Of a stretch of 64,000 nt of DNA, positions 35,201 through 48,706 are shown piece after piece (positions within the stretch are counted from its first letter, which is position 1; each line of letters starts with the position of its first letter). This DNA comes from Oopsacas minuta (lineage: Eukaryota; Animalia; Porifera), in the NCBI GenBank assembly GCA_024704765.1, contig JAKMXF010000365.1:558001-622000 (forward strand), written 5' to 3'. The position numbers and the translations under genes were made by a program. The notes beneath the pieces were generated by a model. That model was not told the origin of the DNA and ran no database searches. It worked only from the letters and a program-made list of their open reading frames with translations.

Positions 35201-38200
35201 GTTGTAATGAAGTGTATCTACCTACTTATTTACGGTCTATTGTGGTTGATGAACATATCATTTAGTATTTTGTTGTCATGATTAAACTCATAAAAATCTC
35301 TTATAATTACGTAGTTTTACTGGACTGATTAAAGAGTAAATTTGTTGATGTTTTTACTCTTCCTAATACTTTACTTTGGCAACTTTGGAATAATTTATTT
35401 TACTCTCAAAGGGAAGAAGCAATGTTTCCTCTTACTGAGACAGCAACAGTTCACAGTTCAGACTATTCTATGTCTCAGTGAGACTGTGAGCCAACAAATG
35501 ATAAAGTTTGCATCCAAGTAAGTAATCCTCATATTTTTGATATCCATTGAGGATCATATGTACAATTACTTGTTGTATGTGTTTGTAGTTTGAATAGAGA
35601 GAGTCTATTAGATGTTACAGGGATAGTTATGGCTGCTCCTCAGAAGATCACAGGCTGTACTCAGGAAGATGTAGAATTGAGTGTTACTAAGGTAATATTT
35701 AGAAAAGCTAGAGGCCCTTTGAAACCACCTGATCAAATTCGTGCATCCAAGTATTCGACTGCTAGAGAGTAGTGAATGTATTTTTGTCAGTGATTATTTA
35801 TCCTTAGTTTTGTTGCTAGATATTCTGTGTCAGTCAAGCTATCCCAAGACTGCCTTTACTGATAGAAGATGCTATGAGGAGTGGAGCAGAGTTAGATGAA
35901 GAGGGTCCTCAAGGAAAAGCCGGACAGGAAACACGGTTGGATAATCGTATAATAGATTTGAGGGTTAGTTAGTTTAGTAAGACATATTTGCTTTGAGATA
36001 TTTTTATAACTTATTTTAATCTATAGACTCCTACAAATCAAGCTATCTTCAGGGTAGAAGCTGCTGTATGTAAACTTTTCCGTGATATTCTTACTGAAAA
36101 GGGGTTTGTTGAGATACACACTCCAAAGATAATTTCAGGTATCATTGTCCCAACCTACCATAAACAAGGGAAATACATGGCAACTGTGTGTATGAATTAG
36201 AGGGTTGAAATAATATTGTCCTTATTGATTAATTTGTGCTTATTAGCACTTAAGTACAGTAATTCTGCAATATCTCACTTATGTAATATATTATTTAATA
36301 TTGCAATTTTAGCTGCCAGCGAGGGTGGAGCGAATGTTTTCAAAGTATCTTACTTCAAAGGTAAATATATTTTAATATTTTTGATAAATTCTCAATAAAC
36401 ACACCACAATTATATAATCATAAACCACATAAATGTATATACTTAGTTCACCTTGTACAAATTATACAACAAATTAACTTCCTAGGTTCTGCCTATCTCG
36501 CACAGTCACCCCAACTCTACAAACAAATGGCTTTGTGTGCTGACTTTGATAAAGTTTTCACGATTGGTGCTGGTAAGTTACTCTGTTGATATTAATACAC
36601 AAATACAATAATGCTAAGAAAACGGGAGCTTCACTCCTCTGTGGATACACCCCTGTTAATAATTTATGCATTTTGTATATGTGATATATAATAACTTCTA
36701 GCATGTCTCCCTCATAGACGTCAGCATAACATATACGAAATACTTAAGATGCTAATACGATAATTTTTGCCTTGTCAGATTATGTGAATTTTGTCGCATG
36801 AATATTTTATGTTTCTGATTATTTTGTTGTCTGTTTGGAGAGTTAGTGATTAGTAACTTGTTTTGGGTTTAGTTTTCAGAGCAGAAAACGCTAACACACA
36901 CAGACATCTCACTGAGTTTGTAGGAATGGACTTGGAGATGACATTCAAAGAACACTACCATGAGGTTAGACTTTGTATATTAATAGAGATTGTCTGTTAT
37001 TTTTCAAGTTCTCAATTGGAACAATTACTTAGTTGTATGTTACTGATATATCTGCTATTTTGTTTCAACTTATCATAGAGTATTTCCCAGAATAAATTAC
37101 CCTTAATTATCAAACAATTTTATCCATCACTCGTTTACATTGGCGACCGTTTGTTTGCATATATGATTATGTGTTGATTCAATAGTGGTTCGATTTGATA
37201 GTCATCTGTCTGAGAGAATTGACTGCTATCGTAATAATATTATATTAAGCATTTAATACCACAAAAATGAAGTATTTATTTTCAAACGTGATGTTTATAT
37301 GGAAATCTGCGTGGATCTGCATTTTCGGTTATTTTATTAGACCTGAGTCATTCATAACCACATTTTAATGAAGTAACTTGAATTATTATTGAATATAATT
37401 ACAATTGTAGATTTTCATTGCAATTTTCACATACAAATTACCATTTTGACAATTAATCAACTAATAATTCTAGCTTAAACAGAAAATATTCGATTCCATG
37501 AAAATCTTTGTTTATATTCGGCTAACACATTCATACACTAATCACCCCAATTACCCTAATTATTTAATTTCATATGTGTGTGATTCACTAATGTGGTTTA
37601 TACAAACGTCTGAATGAATCATATGAGTTGGGGGAAGGTGGAAGTTGTTAAGTCAGTTATTCCTCAAACAACTGATTTTGCATAATTAATTATTTATTCT
37701 TCTTACAAAGCTATTTCTGTTAATTTTTAATTATTTTAACACCAAATTTGAGTCTGTTGTTTACATTGTGTAGAACAGATGTTAATTGCCTCAAATTTTA
37801 TTTCTTATAAGGATGTGAGGTTATTTGCTGACTAATTCGAATAGGTGAATAATGTAATACATCGAATGCTTTCTAGTGCCGCAATTCAATAATAAATAGT
37901 TAGTTTAATAGAGTTTACTATCTTGTTTTTTACTATTACACTTGCTTCATCATTTTCCAATTTTTCATGAATATATTAATATTTTTCCCATAAACAAGTA
38001 TAAAATTCCAATGCAAAGATTTGGATAATTCAGTTTGAAATTAGAGATTGGAGTTATCATATGAGAAACTTTTATGATTTATCATATATTATTTGAATTG
38101 ATACGAAATAACTCCTGGATGCCATTTACAGTTGGTTGAACGGAGTACGACTGTCTCTTTGTTATAGACCTAAATTATCCATCTGATACTAATTTCCAAT

Positions 38201-41200
38201 TAATTTTCTATTCCATGCTTCTTATTATCACCAGTTTACATGGTTTTCTCGATTACAATTTCTTCCTAACATTACTAGGCTTCATTAAATGCCTCTCTAT
38301 ACTGTGAGTTGCATACGAGCTCTATCACGGATTTATGTCTCTTTTGTGTAATTTGTGAGTTCCGAACGTTATAATTTAAAATTTTAAGGAAATTTATCCC
38401 AATTTTATTTTATTCACTGAGTTTTTTTTTTCTTTGAAGCATACGAAAAATGACACATTTTATTCTAATTTTCCTTTAAATAATCTTAACACTATAAATA
38501 TTTTAAATTTCTCATATTTGGATGTGCAGGTTCGCTTTACTAGCAAACCCCATTCCTTCCAATAAGGCATACAATTGCTAGAATCAATTAACTAATTTTA
38601 ATAATTTCGGAAAACATTTGGCAAAGCAATTTACATTTAAATGGAAGATCTCATTTATGAAAATCTGACTAGATTAATTTGCAACTGGATTCAAAAACCC
38701 TAAATATTATCAGATAGATGTTAATTACACATTATTTCCTATTTAGCTAATGTTATTTAGTATATTGACACATGATTTATCATGTGTTTTCCTCCAATCA
38801 TTCTTCCTCAACACTACAGATACTATTCATATGATATATCATTTGAGCGTACTTGCAATCGTAATCCCATTCATTTGTGGGTACATTATTTGATTTGCTT
38901 CAGCGCATACAGACCAATTATTTGATTTTATCTCAGATTCCAAAAAATTCCTCTTTCTCTACCAACTGAATATTTAAGAGTGGGTATTAGATATTATGAA
39001 GACGTGTTTATTCTCATATACAAGTCGATATGGCTGTTATCTCGTTTAATATGATATCCTAACGATGACTATTATCAGTTTGTTTTCATATTAAGTGCTC
39101 TTTAATTTGTGAATTTAGACTGACAGTCCATTGCTAAAATGCGATTTGGTTCAATCTCACTTATCTGGATGTACAATAAGTATTATTTGTGTAATGTTTA
39201 CCTTGTGTAAGCATCATAGGCATCTGGAGGAGGCTGCGGGTGCATTGCAGACAAAGCTAACTCTTCGTTTTTATGTATCCAATTTAACTATTACAGCTAC
39301 CCAATTATATTCTAGGGTAGGCAGTAATATTGTATAAAAACATTTAATAACACTAATTAGTTTTCTAGGTTATTTTTGATCGTTACCTAAAAGTATGTAT
39401 AAAGTATGCACATAGTTAGTTCAAATTTACTTGTGGATATTTCCCACCTTATGAATATTAAAAATGGAATTTTGTTACATTAATTAAACTTAACTTCTTA
39501 TGAATTATTATTAGTGGCAATCGATCCCTTATTTTGGCTATTTTATATAGAAATGATTATAGAGAGCTGAGCTATATGTACAATATTATTTACTTTTAAT
39601 AAGCATTGTCCTCAATGTCAGTTAATAAAGAAATAGAGAAACCTTGTAATGGGATACTTCCTTCGCTCGATTCTTCCAACAATGCCCCGCTGGTCATTTT
39701 GTATTTTGTAAAGTAGAAGCAATAACCACAGTGTGGTATAATGCCTCATACCTAGAAACCTATTCTAAACACTGATCATGTGATAATTGTCATTTCATCT
39801 GATTTTCTTGGAATCTTTGAGGATTTTTGAAGACATTGGAAATATCCTGTGTGTTGGATATATGCTTAAATACCCCAACACGTTAAGGAGTCTGTAGTAT
39901 GTATCTCGTCACCTTGATGGTTTCTCTGCGATAGCCGCAATTGGTATTTTGATTATCTAAAATCGTGATTGACCATCTTGGTAATTTATCAATCTCGAAA
40001 CCTGTAATTTATCTTAATACCATTCTCAACTATTATACGTTTTCGCTAATTTGAATTATACGAACCTTATCGTATCACCTCTTTGTCTTGTATACTGATC
40101 ACCCACTGATTAGTAGTATATTAATATTGATAAATTCAATGCTGCATCATATGTAGTCTGGTATTTTCCGTCTATCTCAGTAGAGATTCTCTTTGTTGTA
40201 TTATCTCGCATACAAATATCATATCATATCTGCTAGCTCGATCTAAAGTAGGTAAACGAATATTTCTATTTCTGCTGGCTACTATATGAAATTATTATCG
40301 GTTTTATTAATTCTGGCATAATTCAATGAACACAGCACTGTTAGAAATTTTGGCCCATCAATTCCCTACGCCAGTGTTTTCACTTGTTAATAATGCAAGA
40401 GATAACTCTTAAGAATCTTTCCATAGTTAATTTAGCATCTAATGGATCAGCTGTCTTGTAGGTTATTGAAGAGATCACCGATACTTTCGTCAGTATTTTT
40501 AAGGGCCTTCAAGAAAAGTGAGTAATTTGTATTTTATTTTACTACTTCTGAGAATCCATTGAACAATTTCTGAAACTAAAAATATCAATTCTCTGATTTT
40601 GGCTTCACAGATTTAATTTTTTACCAAGTGCTGAATTTTTGCCTGACCGAAAAATGATTAGCCAAACCACTCATTCATGATTGGCTTCAATTTATAATAT
40701 TTTACGTCATTAGGGGCATTAGCGAGTTTATAGTCTGCACTTGATAGATTGGAAATATTATTCCCTCTCTACTAACATCCTATCCAAATTTGTGACAAAT
40801 TTATTAATTTAGTGGAATACGTTATACGCTTTCTATTCTTGAATTCAATTGACTTGTATGTTAAATAACTCAATTTAGTTTGAGTGAAGAAATAGCTACA
40901 GTCTATAAGCAGTTCCCAGCTGAGCCGTTCAAATTCACACAACCAAGGTATCATATTTAATTATATTCTTGATAACTGAATTATCAATTATCTTATTTTT
41001 CATACATGTTACGAATTCCAAATTCACATTCTCTGCTCCCTGATAGACTAGTAGACCGATAATTATTACATTTTGCTATGCTCTTAATATTTGTGAATTC
41101 AAACAAAATATAGTCAGCTGCCATTATATCCTTGCTCACTGGAGCGCTATAATTACTTACTCCGATATAACCCCGATCAAATTTACCTTACTTTGACAGT

Positions 41201-43272
41201 TTGAGTTATTTGTATAAATTTAGACTTCGATATGAGCGGTTATTTCGGTATATCCGTGTCCATATAACAAGTTGACTGTATTTCCCTTTGTTATAATCTC
41301 AAAGTATTTATTTATTTTATTATTTTATTTAACAAACTCATTTGAAAAGTTTTCCTATTAATTACATTATTTAATATTAATCAATATATTCTATCTAAAC
41401 GAAGAACTGCCCATAAATCCGAATCAAAATAATGTTAGATGTACCGTTAACAATTTTGGATAATCAGTTATTTGACCATTTAGAATTGTTGTCTGTTGAC
41501 TGCTTGTTTATGTGGCATATCTAAATTACTTGCGTATGTCTTGGATATAGAAAATATTTCTATACACAAGAGCCGTGAATTTGTTAGTAGTGGTTTCCAC
41601 TAGCAAATAATTTCATGAATATTTCCATTACGAATCTGCCTAAAAATTGTGTAGTCCTATCCATTCATGTTTGAACTGATAATCACTGTATTTCTCGTAG
41701 CAGCATATGTGTTGTTCCAAATGATTACTAGACGAAATGTTATCCTTTCCGGAAGTTAACACAATATTTCCCTGAGTTTATCCCTGATAATAATATATTT
41801 GAAACATATAATTATTCAATATATTTATTACACCTTTAATGCTTATTTTAAATTAGCTTAAACTAGTTCAGCTTAGAATATTTCATCCTACGATTTACAC
41901 ATAATGTTTTGTTCTGGAATATATATTACATGTGTTTCAACTGAACTATGAAACACTGAGTAAAGAGATTTACACGAATCTGATTGATTAGGAATTTAGG
42001 ATAGTTTGAAACTTCCAACACAAGGCATATAATTAGTTGATTAGTAATCTTCGAATAGCTGAGTCGTTGTACAGCTGTTGTATTCCCTCGTACAATTCAA
42101 CGATATATTACATTAATATGCTATCATTTAATTATATTTTCACTGTAACCCAATCTACGTATATAGCTTAATACTGAATTATGCCGAAGGGGTCGCCATG
42201 CTTAAAGAAGACGGTATCACGATGGGAGATGAGGATGATTTAAGGTAAATAGCATACGAATGTTAAGAATGAATTATCCTACTAATTCTTTATTCTTTGA
42301 AATATTTCGCTACTATTTATCAAATCATAACATCTAGTACTGTTAATGAAAAGAGACTTGGAAAACTTGTGAGAGAGAAGGTATTCTACATTTTAACACA
42401 CACACAATGTGTTTTACCTCTCTGTTTATCCGTTTATTGATTGTTTAGTATGACACAGACTTCTACGTGCTAGATAAATATCCTCTTGCAGTTCGACCGT
42501 TTTACACAATGCCCAGTGTAACCGAACCAGTAAGTATATTTCAAAATATTTTATAACTTTGAAACTTATTATTTTCATTTTTTAGGGCTACAGTAATTCT
42601 TATGACATGTTTATGAGGGGAGAAGAGATCTTGTCTGGTGCTCAGAGAATACACGATCCAGATTTGTTGACTGAACGTGCTTTACACCACAAAATAGGTG
42701 TGTTGTATTTTTGCTCTATTTGAGACTACTAACTGCCTGTAGTAGTTCAATAAAATGCCATTGACTATATTAATTATATTTTACATGTTATGATAGTATA
42801 CATAGCTTTGAGAGTCACTGTTTGTAAATGTAAAGCTTGTGGAATAAAGGGCGTTGCATAGACTCTTGGCTACATACATTATAATGTTGCTTGAGTAATC
42901 CGTGTATAATCTGGCCACAACAGTTCTTGTGGTGTTGTAACTGCCCTCCAAATATTACGTATTCATATTTCTATTTACCTTCAGTATTGGTTGAATAGGA
43001 AATTACCTCTTTGCTTGTTTATATTTATTATCCTTTTAGATTTGACTAAGATCAAAAGTTACATCGACTCATTTCGTTATGGATCTCCTCCTCATGGGGG
43101 AGGTGGAATTGGTATGTTTATTTAATGTACAAATATTTACATACAACATTCCTTGTACTTATTTGTACATGTTTTTATAGGTATGGAACGTGTTGTTATG
43201 CTCTACTTAGGCCTGAACAACATACGTAAGACCTCAATGTTCCCTCGTGATCCCAAAAGAATCACTCCTTAG
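26211..43272 (+). CDS. DARS1: Cytoplasmic aspartyl-tRNA synthetase, 20 exons (530 aa): 26211-26233, 27592-27682, 30633-30665, 30823-30880, 31407-31499, 35412-35517, 35589-35691, 35820-35963, 36027-36138, 36313-36360, 36486-36572, 36873-36964, 40462-40517, 40879-40947, 42167-42244, 42338-42380, 42449-42529, 42586-42697, 43040-43111, 43181-43272
   Basis: Hand-spliced exons total 1593 nt, all GT-AG and phase-consistent: [109 protein letters not shown]. The first three exons are less certain than the rest. Confidence 0.93.
31982..35185 (-). CDS. TRPM-like cation channel, intronless, nested antisense in DARS1 intron 5
   Basis: [17 protein letters not shown] and W..TTIEIA......FIS...VQ (TRPM MHR4/pre-S1 motifs); six TM segments with pore MFGSY; NLLIANF then TRP-box-like LLWKQ; no NUDT9-H or kinase domain. 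Confidence 0.8.
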   Translation of the reverse strand: MAEPMSKEYELPIDKTVVVQICDEVKYNMLKESFNPDNSFYLPVRFLEKMQHAFYNTWDLHNRKRVIYLDVDNEEIGKEMIGAVVSFIAKLGDIMNSIIVVNCVSNKLALLIHKCLQSLLVSSSSLYDLIKISIPKDNAYTDSPNLRKTGKNRYNALLTSKEEIKDLIDNLCLMISQNDTMNNDSYRLIWISKQELPNQLHKWKISNYYFQMQQTPIELVSSNGAWLTYLTKDKDLKDNDMDRVLTLIIQKVPLKEFVHSNSQKIVQYLMKERFIHRDQDRASYPVKDSVDSYLLDSSCRIDPTKTFNPEQLEEIRNTPQRKITSGYKDEYVVTQSEPVSLSGIQPVSIQSTRSIDVDICNELGEALTEALHNENTQIIGSMFKSICIHLDKVKFKSQLIEFFNFEYLSKQYNESFERNENYFQNLMRKLGMKGNKFEITATFLDGIIEKLMYKNIYHPKSHQKLDSKPNDSKQHFQLYLFIWGILTQNIDIAEQALRWYPHTNEQITTALAGSRLLEGIIRLLKNDHEISSESIRDLGEKKIYFENLALSLLKEEEIVHENNVNESKVRNINVGVTLAINELQTLRNNNPIPKNKYTVISKNKYKRLEAYSTFWKSTTIEIAHEGECRLFISSEEVQTYVHQKNIDYHVTKKLLVDLILFHLAFYIFHCLLSLKLVAEPYNSSQLADIIYLGLLSVYGVLVIIFMIDNLLRTIIQKNPRSFTRKRCMKIFTPYRSDGYLKLIFYISFMIGYPLRILEVTLPDFTWRFSAVFFSFNSLLLFIELLRKALSIYRKLSITIHLFISSIKKNIQLVILAIIFMIGFGVAQYILKCSQTACKLHSDRGIWDYFLWIFLDTFKIMFGSYEVRDDVIEEATPLLTTLNYSNINLSYSAEWLYLSSTFSLVTLLVVWQFMSHIIIINLLIANFIKIYEDISKEADLLWKQELLKTYFRYKDWSFIPFYYLPLFKKNVRHENVKNENDENETSSYRPSAGRYWRQRDEEERQQLNLSSNQDKIENIVLSLVASNDYTRRHIHRIENFLRKIHNEKVPAAERDNKLQDSFEDQFEI
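41109..41280. mobile_element. Degenerate Tc1/pogo-type MITE in DARS1 intron 14
   Basis: TA-flanked imperfect TIRs tatagtcagc / gttgactgta; internal similarity to the MITE at 22435-22580. Confidence 0.55.
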
Positions 43273-45091
43273 CAAATAACTTCAGTTTAGTAAGAATATT
43301 ATTTCTAGTCGAATTTTTAGAAATTTAGGATATTCTATTAGCTGTTTTAGTCCATTGTAGCTTTATTTCACCGATATCAGTTAATTTACAATATTGTTAA
43401 TCTCAAACAGAAACTTCTTAATAAGTACTAGCTCACTTCAGAATTTGGGTTCGGTACGTATCAGGGTAAATATGTCTATAGGTATAGTACATGTATTTCC
43501 ACACATCCACATACATTGGGCTTTCGTTAATAATAATGTGACCGAACTAAGCTCTTCAATCTATTCTACGTCCATATACTTTAATTGTTTATTATTGTTC
43601 AGAAAAAATCGTCATTTTCTGCCTTTTCTGCACTTTGCATTTCCTCTCGTAATAATAATATCTACAATCTACTCTCATTCTGATTTTGCCAAGTTCCTTC
43701 AATGACAAATTCTATAACGCTTAACCTAAAGTGACTATTTAATTTGTTTCTCGGTAATGACAACTATTTGATTGCAGCTGATATAACTATAAATCTCAGC
43801 TGTTTGTTTTGACTTTATCTAGAATAGTTTTCATTTAGGGTTAATCTAAATTGTGCCAAATGAGTGTACACCAGTTTAGCATTTTTAAGTAATTATCTAT
43901 TCAATAAATTTATGTCTGGTATCCCTATGTTTCTACTTGGTATTAACACATTATTGTAGCCCACGACCTTCTATATTATTCCACCAGTGTATTATACCTC
44001 ATGCACACGAGCAAGTTAACACTTTATTATTCACACTCGAAAACTATTTTTTGATTGTTTATCCGTCTAATCGGTTGATATTGAATTTATTGGTTCCAAT
44101 TCCACACATGGAATGTTATTGAATATCAATGGTGAAGGCTGTTGTATCAAAGTCCCATCTAAATGTTAGATATTTCTCAATTTCAGATTGTTTGTTATAC
44201 CTTACCTGAATTTTCGGAATTCTTTATCTAATTTATTCATAGTTTAGGAGTATCGTAGGTAGTATTTCCCACCAAGCACATTTTTCTAAATAACACATAA
44301 AAATTACTTTTAATGTTGTTGTAGGAATAATATTTGTGAGTTTTGCATATATATATTAGATACAAGTTCAGCTGTTAGTTGATTTGTATGTGGTAGATAC
44401 TTAGCGAGCCAATTTCTTTATACAAGTAGACTAGTCTCATCCAGTTTATGCTTAAACCTTGTAGATTCAATTACTGTATTACCGCGAATAGTATAGTAGT
44501 GTAGTACTCCTCCCACAAAGTCATATTGCTAGGGTTTTAGCTATATACCAAACATAACCAGATAAACTAGTGCTAATGCAGGATTATACAAGATAACACA
44601 CTTGGCGAGTTTGTGAATACATACATACATAGTATTGTGCGTACTTATATAATGCTATTAATTGATTATATTATTTATGCCTCCAACGGTACAGCCAATG
44701 TGCAAAAAGGCCGTTCAATCCTTGTTAATTAGACAAGCTACAATTTTTGATTTATTTGCTATGACTCTAGGTAATATTCTCCCTATGGTAGTTCTTAAAT
44801 CATAGTTTTAAAAGCATGAATGTTTGATCAATTTAATGACTGATTATTAACAGAAAATATACTTCTAACAATTGTAGTATATTTTAATTCAGAAATCAAT
44901 ATTTTAATGAAAGCATTGCTTTGTATTAAGATTTAACTCAAATATGCAATTAAAACATATCATTAAATATAGACAATAACTATATACAAGCGCAGCTAAT
45001 CAAATATACCCTCGTATTACGTATAGCGTATTCATGATTCTCTAGAATTACACTATTCACTAAGTGAGATAGGGGTGTCTTTGTACATTCA

Positions 45092-46488
45092 TTAAGACGA
45101 TGGGTATGTTATTTGCATTGCCTGAGCATTCGCTTGTGATAAGGGCAGAGGCATCATGTCGTAGTATTGGCTTGGAATTGGAGGTGGCTGTTGCTGTTGT
45201 TCGTAGCAGTAGCCTGGAGTATATTGTCGCGTATAGGGTGATATCTGGTATGGCTGTACGCGCTGTGAATCTAAGGTGGTGCGTAGGATTCTACCGCTCT
45301 TTGATGGTTTGGTTTGTGTGTCGATGTATTTAATTAGATTTTCAGGATTGATTGGGAACCTATACACGTAATGATCTCCACTTACTTTCTGTATAAGATT
45401 CTTCTGGTAGTAGAATCTGAGGGAGCGAGATAACTTGTCATAGTTCATGTTTAATTTTCCCTTTTCCTTGCCCCACAGTGTAGCTACCTCTTCAGGTTCT
45501 AGGAGTTTGAATTCAAATTGATTCTTTGCATTGTCACTCCAGCATATTACTTTCTTGTTTGTTTCATCTTGCAGCAGTTGGTACAGATATTTCCATAGTT
45601 GTTTTCCTCTTCTTTCTAAAAAATAATTGATAAAATTATACATCATTTATTTCGGTATTGAATTGTTTATTTCAGATTCTCACTTACTTTGCGGGACGTG
45701 ACATACTGCTCCTGTATCTGGACACGTGTACGGTTGTTCCCCTGAAATAAACGCGTGTGGTTGTTCTGAAATAGTGTTGCCATCCTCTTCAGAGGAACTG
45801 CTCTGTACAGGACTCCCGCAGTAGTCTAGGAACATGTTGTTATGCATAGGCATATGGTGTTGATACGGCATGTTGTTATAGCCAAGATAGGATTGGTTGT
45901 TTGGCATTGAATAATCCAACATTTGATCGTATTTACAGTTCGAGTATTGAGCGTCTTGGTAGTAGCAAGCGTTCTGCTGCTTGGCGTCGTATAGCTCCAT
46001 CCCTCGCATATATGATGGGATTTGAATTCGAGTGTGTTTTGTTACTACAGAAATATTTTATTAAATATGAGCAATATATAAATTGTTAATTTTTATAATA
46101 TTTGTACTTACCAGTTTCGTAAACCATTGCATTGTTGTTCGAACTCATATTGAAAAGAGGATTAGAGCCTAAAATTGATTATTTCAATAATTTCACATTT
46201 TTGATGAGAAATCACTACCAAATATATGATTTATTCAAAAAGCTTACCGTTAGGAGATTGAGACAATTCTTCTTGCTCGAACTGATTATCGAATAAATTG
46301 TTGCTTTCGTATCCATTCTATAGGTAAATGCAAAATAATTACTTGTGAAACTTCACGCTAATTTATTCGCTAGTAAATTTGCTGAATATACTTACCCCAT
46401 AATATTCCGGGTAATTATTAGCTGTTGAATTTGAATTACAACAGGAATCAAATTGATTATGAAGATTAGATTCAGAATTCATGATCAT
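45092..46488 (-). CDS. ETS-domain transcription factor; exons 46488-46396, 46317-46248, 46168-46112, 46044-45688, 45615-45092
   Basis: QLWKYLYQLL, VICW, FKL.EPEEVA.LWG..K.K.NMNYDKLSRSLRFYY, YVYRF; four phase-consistent 67-79 nt introns; the upstream exons are less certain. Confidence 0.9.
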
Positions 46489-47473
46489 ATTCTTTTGATT
46501 ATATTCTTAGTTGATTTATTAATTGTGTGCAGGATTTTTACTACTTGTTATGCCAGTTATTGTCTATTTATACACTTTGCTGTGGCAGGCTTAAGATACT
46601 TACAATTTCAGGTCAAGATTCTCACTAAGCCAAATGTGACCGCAAGATCAAAAGTTAAATCCACACGGCTTTCTATTTACAATATAATTAGTGTAAACAT
46701 TTGTATAGTAATCACATTTGAGGCTTCCTTTCATTTGCTTCCACAAAAGTATAAACAATTTGACATTTTATTGACAATTTTACTTTCATCTCCGATATAG
46801 CTTAAGAACAATTGAGCTCTTTAAAAACTCCTTAGATTTACCACATCTTCTCATTTCTATTTGTGCGTTTATTCGCGAATTGAATAAAACCGCATTTCTT
46901 TGTTTTATCGTTTCATTGTTCTGATATTATTTGTGGCTATTTGTTAAAATGCAATTTTAAACAATTAACTCAATAAGCCATTTATGCTATTCGATATATT
47001 AAACGCAGTTTTGAAATGATATAATTTTCGCGATTATATGTGACCTTGTCCTAGAACATGGTTGTGAAACTAGAGCTTTGCTTCTAGGCACAATACGTTT
47101 AGTAAATAAATGAACTCAAATTTCGGTTCAAATTCTGTTTCCAATCGTTAACACCATGCATCAACACTACTCTTAGTTTCCTACAATGTATTTATGATTG
47201 TAGAAAATTTTTAAATATTTTGGTTCTAATAGTTTCTTTCTATACTTGAGAAAATGATTCTGTTCAATTCCAGAAATGATGACCTATGTTGTGTTTGTGC
47301 CTCCTGCATATTATTAGGGTCCAACTCTATGAATATTAATATCCTCTTTATGTTATTGAACTGGGAGTGGTTTGCTAGCAGAAATAATTGCTTACACATG
47401 TTTGAATGACTGACTATTGTCGAATATCTCTTAAGTAATATGAAATGATTTGTAATAGTCTAAATAATGGGAT

Positions 47474-48706
47474 TTAAATGTTGAAATGTTTTGATGCAAA
47501 TTCGAGTGCTTCGTTGATCCTTGCTCTGCTATGACAGCGACTTTTTGGTCTCACGGATGTGTTCGGTAAATCATCACAAGATAGTTTTGTTTGTATATCT
47601 TCTATTGTCGATTGGATTAGGTCTTCGTAGTTCTTCATTTCATACGCAATTTCTTTAAAAGTTGTCTCAATTTTTACTTCTTCAATTCGCAACTCGCTAG
47701 AATTTGGTTTGAAATCTGTACACTCACTGACGTTGTGAGCAACTGCCTTGATTTTATCACTGATTTCTGACATTGACAGGCCAATAGGATTGTTTTCAAG
47801 TAGTAAAATATTCAAATTCTGACACTCTTTAATAGCACAACATATATTATTGAGATTTGATATTTCATTGCTCTTTAGCTCTAATCTCTGTAAGTTAGGG
47901 AACATTATCTTCATGTTGTTAGGTAAACAGTTTAACCTGTTATCATTAGCATATAATTCAGTCAAATGTTTGCATTGATTGCCAACTCTAATTTCTTTAA
48001 TATTATTATTAGAGATTGTGAGTATCTGAATTGATTTCAATGATGGTACCTCGAATAACCCAGTTATATTGTTACCAGTTAGATTCAGTTCAATAAGAGA
48101 GTTACAGTTATTAAGACCTTGAATGCTAGACAGATTATTGTATGACAAATCTAGTTTCTCCAATTTATGAGTACTCCTGAAATTCTTAACACTATCGATT
48201 GCGTTATTTGCTAGGTTGATATCCATCAGAGAGCTACACCCTTCTACATTCGTATTTGCATCTATCTGAGTTATCAAGTTCATATCCAAACGTAATATTT
48301 CTAATTTGGAAAGGCTTTTCAATCCCTTACCTACGTCCCTGATACGATTCATCTGTAGTGAAAGTTGTACCAAATTTTTTAACCCTTTCAATCCACTGAT
48401 GTGTGTAATTGTATTTGAATAAAGTTTGAGCTCACATAGAAACGTATTGTTCTCTAGACCATCTATCTTATCCAGATGGTTGCAGGAAGCATCCAGACAT
48501 CTTAGGTGTGTGAGCTTATCCATATGGGAGATGTTATTAATCTTATGTCCGTGCAGATCCAATGTGTAAACTTTATCTGCATCTGATTCTCCAGACAGAG
48601 CTACGATATCTGAATACGTGATCTCTGGAAGTATAGAGTTGATGCTGTGCTCCCTCTGTAATCCAATCTCTCCTTGCACGCGTATACAGTTCTCTTTTTC
48701 TGCCAT
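47474..48706 (-). CDS. SDS22-like leucine-rich repeat protein
   Basis: About 11-12 LxxLxLxxNxIxxI repeats followed by a short helical/coiled C-terminus; intronless. Confidence 0.85.
   Translation of the reverse strand: MAEKENCIRVQGEIGLQREHSINSILPEITYSDIVALSGESDADKVYTLDLHGHKINNISHMDKLTHLRCLDASCNHLDKIDGLENNTFLCELKLYSNTITHISGLKGLKNLVQLSLQMNRIRDVGKGLKSLSKLEILRLDMNLITQIDANTNVEGCSSLMDINLANNAIDSVKNFRSTHKLEKLDLSYNNLSSIQGLNNCNSLIELNLTGNNITGLFEVPSLKSIQILTISNNNIKEIRVGNQCKHLTELYANDNRLNCLPNNMKIMFPNLQRLELKSNEISNLNNICCAIKECQNLNILLLENNPIGLSMSEISDKIKAVAHNVSECTDFKPNSSELRIEEVKIETTFKEIAYEMKNYEDLIQSTIEDIQTKLSCDDLPNTSVRPKSRCHSRARINEALEFASKHFNI

Noticed and set aside
43394-43705. 103-aa ORF downstream of DARS1 and stop-interrupted frames on the opposite strand
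   Set aside because: Non-ATG start, intergenic-like composition and no recognisable homology.
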